This document shows positions 60,416 through 64,000 of a stretch of 64,000 nt of DNA, one piece after another (within the stretch, counting starts at the first letter, position 1; every line of letters begins with the position of its first letter). The stretch lies in contig CAXXGJ010000002.1 of assembly GCA_963677895.2 (NCBI GenBank), forward strand, positions 1 to 64,000. The letters are read 5' to 3'. A program made the position numbers and the translations under genes. A model generated the notes under the pieces. It did no database searches, was not told where the DNA came from, and worked only from the letters and a program-made list of their open reading frames with translations. Origin of the DNA: Treponemataceae bacterium (GTDB lineage Bacteria; Spirochaetota; Spirochaetia; Treponematales; Rectinemataceae).

Positions 60416-60687
60416 GGTTGGCCTCAAGGCTGTTCTTGGAAGAATATATCCGGCGCCTTTGCGAGACGCCGCTGTGACTGAAGGGGTCGGTTTCCGGAGA
60501 TGGAGGTTCCGCGGTATCGGATGCGTGTTCGTTCATGGATTCAGGATACCAAATAATCGAGGCCTCGTCGAGGCCGGCGTCGATGGCGGCCTCGTTGGCG
60601 GCATCTATAGCCGCGTCGGCATCGTCGTCGCCATCGACATCGCTCCCGACCGTAGTGAAAAATAAAAACTTGTTGTATAGTTCCCGC

Positions 60688-62778
60688 ATGCTGAACCGAT
60701 TCGCCGTCCTGATCTGCGCCCTGGCCTTCTGCCTGTTGGGCGCATCCGCGCAGAACGTTGACGCGGCATTTCCCGCTGACGATACATTCAGGGTCATAGC
60801 CGACTCGATCTCCATCGGCAGGGAAAAATTTTCCGCCCGTCTCGACGAGATCCGCGCCGAAGGACGGGAGCCGCTCGGCCTCGTTCTGGCAGGCGGATCG
60901 GCGCGAGCTTACGCTCATATCGGCGTCATCCAGGTGCTTGAAGATGCCGGCATCCGGCCTGACTTCATAGTCGCCAACTCGATGGGCGCCGTGGTCGGCA
61001 TGCTTTACGCCGCCGGAGTATCCCCGGACACGATCGCCCAAATCGTAGGCGCCGTTCCCCTCGAATACTATTTCAACCTCGTCCTCCCCACGAAGGGCGG
61101 CATAATCAACGCCGATCCCTTCGTCGGCGCCGTAAAGGAAATGGTGGGCGACCTGGACCTCTCCGACACGCCGATACCCATCATCGTGACGGGCGAAGAC
61201 CTGAAGACCAGGCGTCTGGTGGAGCTGTCGGCGGGAGAGTTCTCCAAGGTCATGACGACAAGCTTCGCCATGCCGGCTATCTTCGAGCCGGTTCCCTTCG
61301 GCGAATTTCTCCTCGTCGACGGCGGATCGACCAACCTGGTGCCGGTCGAGATAGCCGCGAAGTATTCCTCTCTCCTTATCGTTTCCACAGCCTTCTACAA
61401 CAAGAGCATGAACTACGGCAATCTTCTTTCCGTGCTCAGCAGGACCTTCGATATAGGGAAGACGAGATCGGGCATCGAGGCACTGCTCGCGGTCTCGCCC
61501 ATCGTCATCAGAAATAATGTCGAAAATATTTCGTACATGCAGTTTTCCAGCCCCGCGGCCATCATCGAGCGGGGAAGGGAAAGTTCCTTGGCCTCCATCG
61601 ACGAAATCCTCGGCGTACTGCCTTCAGCGTCCAGAAACAGGCGGATGCCGCCCGAGCTCATCGAAGCCAGGACTAAGTATGATCTTTCGATTCCGCGTAC
61701 CCTCGCCCGGCTGAGGCGAGGGGCTCTGCCCGACGTTGTTCCCTCGGTGCGATACAAACTCAGATACAAGCTTTTTGACACGTTTGAGCGTTCGGCGATG
61801 GAACTGGATAGTCAGATGTACGGCGGTCTGGCGCTGTCGGCGGCGGCCGGCATGGTCAGAGCTTCGGCTTCTTCGATAATAGGGCTTTCGGGCGACCCCG
61901 GGCGGCAATGGGCGGTTACGACGAGCATGCTGGCCAATCCCTTCGATACCTTTCTCGCCCAGGCCGAGTTGAGACTTTGGGGCGATTTCAGTTCACTGCC
62001 CGCGTTTTTCCTCGAGCCCGACAGCCTCGAAATCCTGGCCGGCCTTTCCTGGTCCTCCAAGGGCGAGGGCTTCGTCCTCCGGCCGTCCCTGAGCGCCTCC
62101 CTCGATTACGCCCTCGATTCGGGGGCTCTCGGTTGGGAAACGAGGACCGACCTGGCGCTCGACGCGGGACTCGGCGACAGGCCTCTCCTCCCGGGAACCT
62201 GGGCGGGGTTTGTGTCGGCAAGAGCTGGCGCCTTTGCCGACACGCTGGCCGAGCCGGGAGGTTCTCCCCGCTATGGTCCCGAAATGACGCTTAAGACGGG
62301 CATCGCCAGGATAGGCATCGCCAGGATAGGCGGCGCCAAGCAGCCTGGCGGCGCCTATCCTGGCGGCGCCGCTTTGAGGGGAAGGGTGACGGGGCGATTC
62401 GATATGTCCGGCAGGGGGCTCTCGCTTGAGCGGGGCGACGCCTATCGGGGAAACGCCCTCGCGGGCGCGGCGCCCATCGTCATCGCCGCCAACATGGAAC
62501 TCGTCTGGCTGGCGAAATCCCTCGAGTTCGACGCGGCAGAGCTATTCCTCGTCAAGAACATGGAATTGGGTCCATATTTCGACGCCGTCTGGCTTGCCGG
62601 CGGCGGCTCCGGTTCGACCCTGAATCCCGATGCCTTCAGTTTAGGGCTCAGCTACGCCACTACCCTGAGCTTCGCCGGCCTGACACCCATCGATCTGTCG
62701 CTTTTCCTGGGCTTGGACAATACGGGATATCCGGTTTTCGGCGTCAGGGCGGGAAGGCTCTTTCCCGCCGTCAAGTGA
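60688..62778 (+). CDS. Patatin-like phospholipase with probable C-terminal beta-barrel
   Basis: Signal peptide from ATG 60688; LAGGSARAYAHIG, ANSMG (nucleophile Ser), DGG; beta-strand-rich C-terminal half. Confidence 0.85.
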   Translation: MLNRFAVLICALAFCLLGASAQNVDAAFPADDTFRVIADSISIGREKFSARLDEIRAEGREPLGLVLAGGSARAYAHIGVIQVLEDAGIRPDFIVANSMGAVVGMLYAAGVSPDTIAQIVGAVPLEYYFNLVLPTKGGIINADPFVGAVKEMVGDLDLSDTPIPIIVTGEDLKTRRLVELSAGEFSKVMTTSFAMPAIFEPVPFGEFLLVDGGSTNLVPVEIAAKYSSLLIVSTAFYNKSMNYGNLLSVLSRTFDIGKTRSGIEALLAVSPIVIRNNVENISYMQFSSPAAIIERGRESSLASIDEILGVLPSASRNRRMPPELIEARTKYDLSIPRTLARLRRGALPDVVPSVRYKLRYKLFDTFERSAMELDSQMYGGLALSAAAGMVRASASSIIGLSGDPGRQWAVTTSMLANPFDTFLAQAELRLWGDFSSLPAFFLEPDSLEILAGLSWSSKGEGFVLRPSLSASLDYALDSGALGWETRTDLALDAGLGDRPLLPGTWAGFVSARAGAFADTLAEPGGSPRYGPEMTLKTGIARIGIARIGGAKQPGGAYPGGAALRGRVTGRFDMSGRGLSLERGDAYRGNALAGAAPIVIAANMELVWLAKSLEFDAAELFLVKNMELGPYFDAVWLAGGGSGSTLNPDAFSLGLSYATTLSFAGLTPIDLSLFLGLDNTGYPVFGVRAGRLFPAVK
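62299..62370 (+). repeat. In-frame 15-nt tandem and inverted repeat in the patatin gene
   Basis: GGCATCGCCAGGATA x2, then GGCGGCGCC-based units; CGCCAGGATAGGCG pairs with CGCCTATCCTGGCG. Confidence 0.7.
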
Positions 62779-64000
62779 TATTCTCGTCTTCGCCGTACGC
62801 CGCGTCGTTCAGCGTCAGGGGATTTTTGAAGCGCCAGAGCAGAAGGGCGATGAAGACAAGGTTGATGACACTGGCCGCCGCGAAAAGGTTCCATTTCGGA
62901 TTGCCCGAGGCCACCGACCCCACATAGCTGTGAAGCTTCACCCCGATGGTGTAGAGCCTGTCATCGGTGAGAAAAACGAGGGGGACGAGGAAGCCGTTCC
63001 ACGCGGAGATGAAGGCCGTCATCATCGCGGCGGCCAGGGCCGGGGCGCTCAAGGGAGCGATGATCTTCAGCATGTAGGCGAGGGGCTTCATGCCCTCAAG
63101 CGCGGCTTCCTCCTCATAGCTCGGAGGCAGGCGATCCAAGAAAGCCTTCAGCGTAAAGAGTGAAAAAGGCAGGGCGTGGAAGATATACACTGTGACGAGC
63201 GGGACATAGCCGCCCAGCAAGCCCAGAAGCCTGAAGAGGATGAAGAGCGGGATGAGGGAATGGACGCCGCCCGTCATTCCTAGCGCCTGCAGAAAGGCGA
63301 AGGCCTTCGCCGAGCGCCTGGCGGTCGTCCGCGACAGGGCGAGGGCAGCCGGCAAGGTGAAGATCGGTATCAGGAGGGCGGTGGCCGCCGCGACCAGGAA
63401 GGTGTTGAAAAAATATCGCAGGATTCCCTCTTCGCGCAGAATCGTGCTGTAGGGACGAAGCGAGATGAAGCGCGGAAGGAGCCCGTCTATATAGACTGCC
63501 GACAGATCCGAGAATGAAAGCCACAGGACAACATAGATTACGAGGATGGCCGAGGCGACGGCGAAAATTCGCGCCGTCCAGCAAGCCGCTTTCCAGGCTA
63601 AGGCCGCTGCTTTGCCGCTGATGTTTGGCCGCGTCGTCCTCTCTATCCCTTCAGGCCGCTTTCTGAGATGAAACCACAGCCCAACGAGCAAAATGACAAG
63701 CATTCCCACCGCGACGGCGTATGCCGAAGGTATGCCATAGTCGTTTTCGTTCCTGAAGGCGTCATAGAGGAAAATTTCGAGCGTGGTCGTCGCCCCGACT
63801 ATATTTTTTTCGGTGATGCCGCCGACGAAGGGCGGCCCCCCGGCCGTCATCAGGAAGGGCACCTGGAATTCCTTGAACGATCTCACGAAATCGAGAGCCC
63901 ACATGACGATGAGCGTTGTACGAGCCTGCGGCGCCCTTATCCAGCGCGCGATCGTCCAGGAATCGGCTCCATCCATGCTGGCGGCTTCCGTCATGCCGCG
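62771..64000 (-). CDS. Fused carbohydrate ABC permease (MalF-like plus MalG-like); 5' end outside the window
   Basis: Two EAA loops in one frame (EAASMDGA, EEEAALEG); FMTAGGP-like and AWNGF motifs. Confidence 0.85.
   Translation of the reverse strand, partial: RGMTEAASMDGADSWTIARWIRAPQARTTLIVMWALDFVRSFKEFQVPFLMTAGGPPFVGGITEKNIVGATTTLEIFLYDAFRNENDYGIPSAYAVAVGMLVILLVGLWFHLRKRPEGIERTTRPNISGKAAALAWKAACWTARIFAVASAILVIYVVLWLSFSDLSAVYIDGLLPRFISLRPYSTILREEGILRYFFNTFLVAAATALLIPIFTLPAALALSRTTARRSAKAFAFLQALGMTGGVHSLIPLFILFRLLGLLGGYVPLVTVYIFHALPFSLFTLKAFLDRLPPSYEEEAALEGMKPLAYMLKIIAPLSAPALAAAMMTAFISAWNGFLVPLVFLTDDRLYTIGVKLHSYVGSVASGNPKWNLFAAASVINLVFIALLLWRFKNPLTLNDAAYGEDENIT

Noticed and set aside
60535..60687. 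N-terminal extension of the patatin ORF
   Set aside because: Low-complexity sequence; the signal peptide begins at ATG 60688.
1..64000. CRISPR array, tRNA/rRNA, IS element, integrase or prophage
   Set aside because: None recognised by eye. The repeats seen are protein-coding (propeller, LRR) or short regulatory elements. A covariance-model scan would be needed to exclude small ncRNAs.

Overview
High-GC bacterial chromosome segment. The gene content (BspA/TpLRR protein, patatin-barrel protein, citrate lyase, TTT transporters, sigma54 activator) is compatible with an anaerobic free-living spirochaete, but that taxon is only an inference. From left to right: (1) 1-19254, a tricarboxylate module: prpF (not in the ORF track), aconitase, LysR, AbrB-like, GntR, fused citXG, thioesterase, beta-propeller histidine kinase plus NarL-type regulator, citCDEF, tctCBA and an ArsB/CitMHS permease. 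Every complete gene before ~6.6 kb is frameshifted, probably through assembly error. (2) A SorC-BtpA-ABC-FGGY sugar operon. (3) Scattered accessory genes: BspA LRR, tocopherol cyclase-like, metallophosphoesterase, NMO/FabX-like, FRG and a decayed DUF2589-like pair. (4) An island of about 12.6 kb next to the trpS 3' end, with a sigma54-controlled four-carbon acid sugar operon and a secreted MBL hydrolase. (5) Housekeeping-type genes from trpS to a fused sugar permease. Signals not explained by the ORF track: one clear and two weaker displaced copies of the trpS C-terminal tail marking the island modules, consistent with trpS as a recurrent integration site; two promoters (citC, tctC) with the same TGTAGG-N7-CCTACA architecture; two sigma54 promoters sharing a candidate UAS; and a hairpin that would silence ridA on read-through mRNA but not on mRNA from its own promoter. 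No rRNA, tRNA, CRISPR array, integrase or transposase was recognised.
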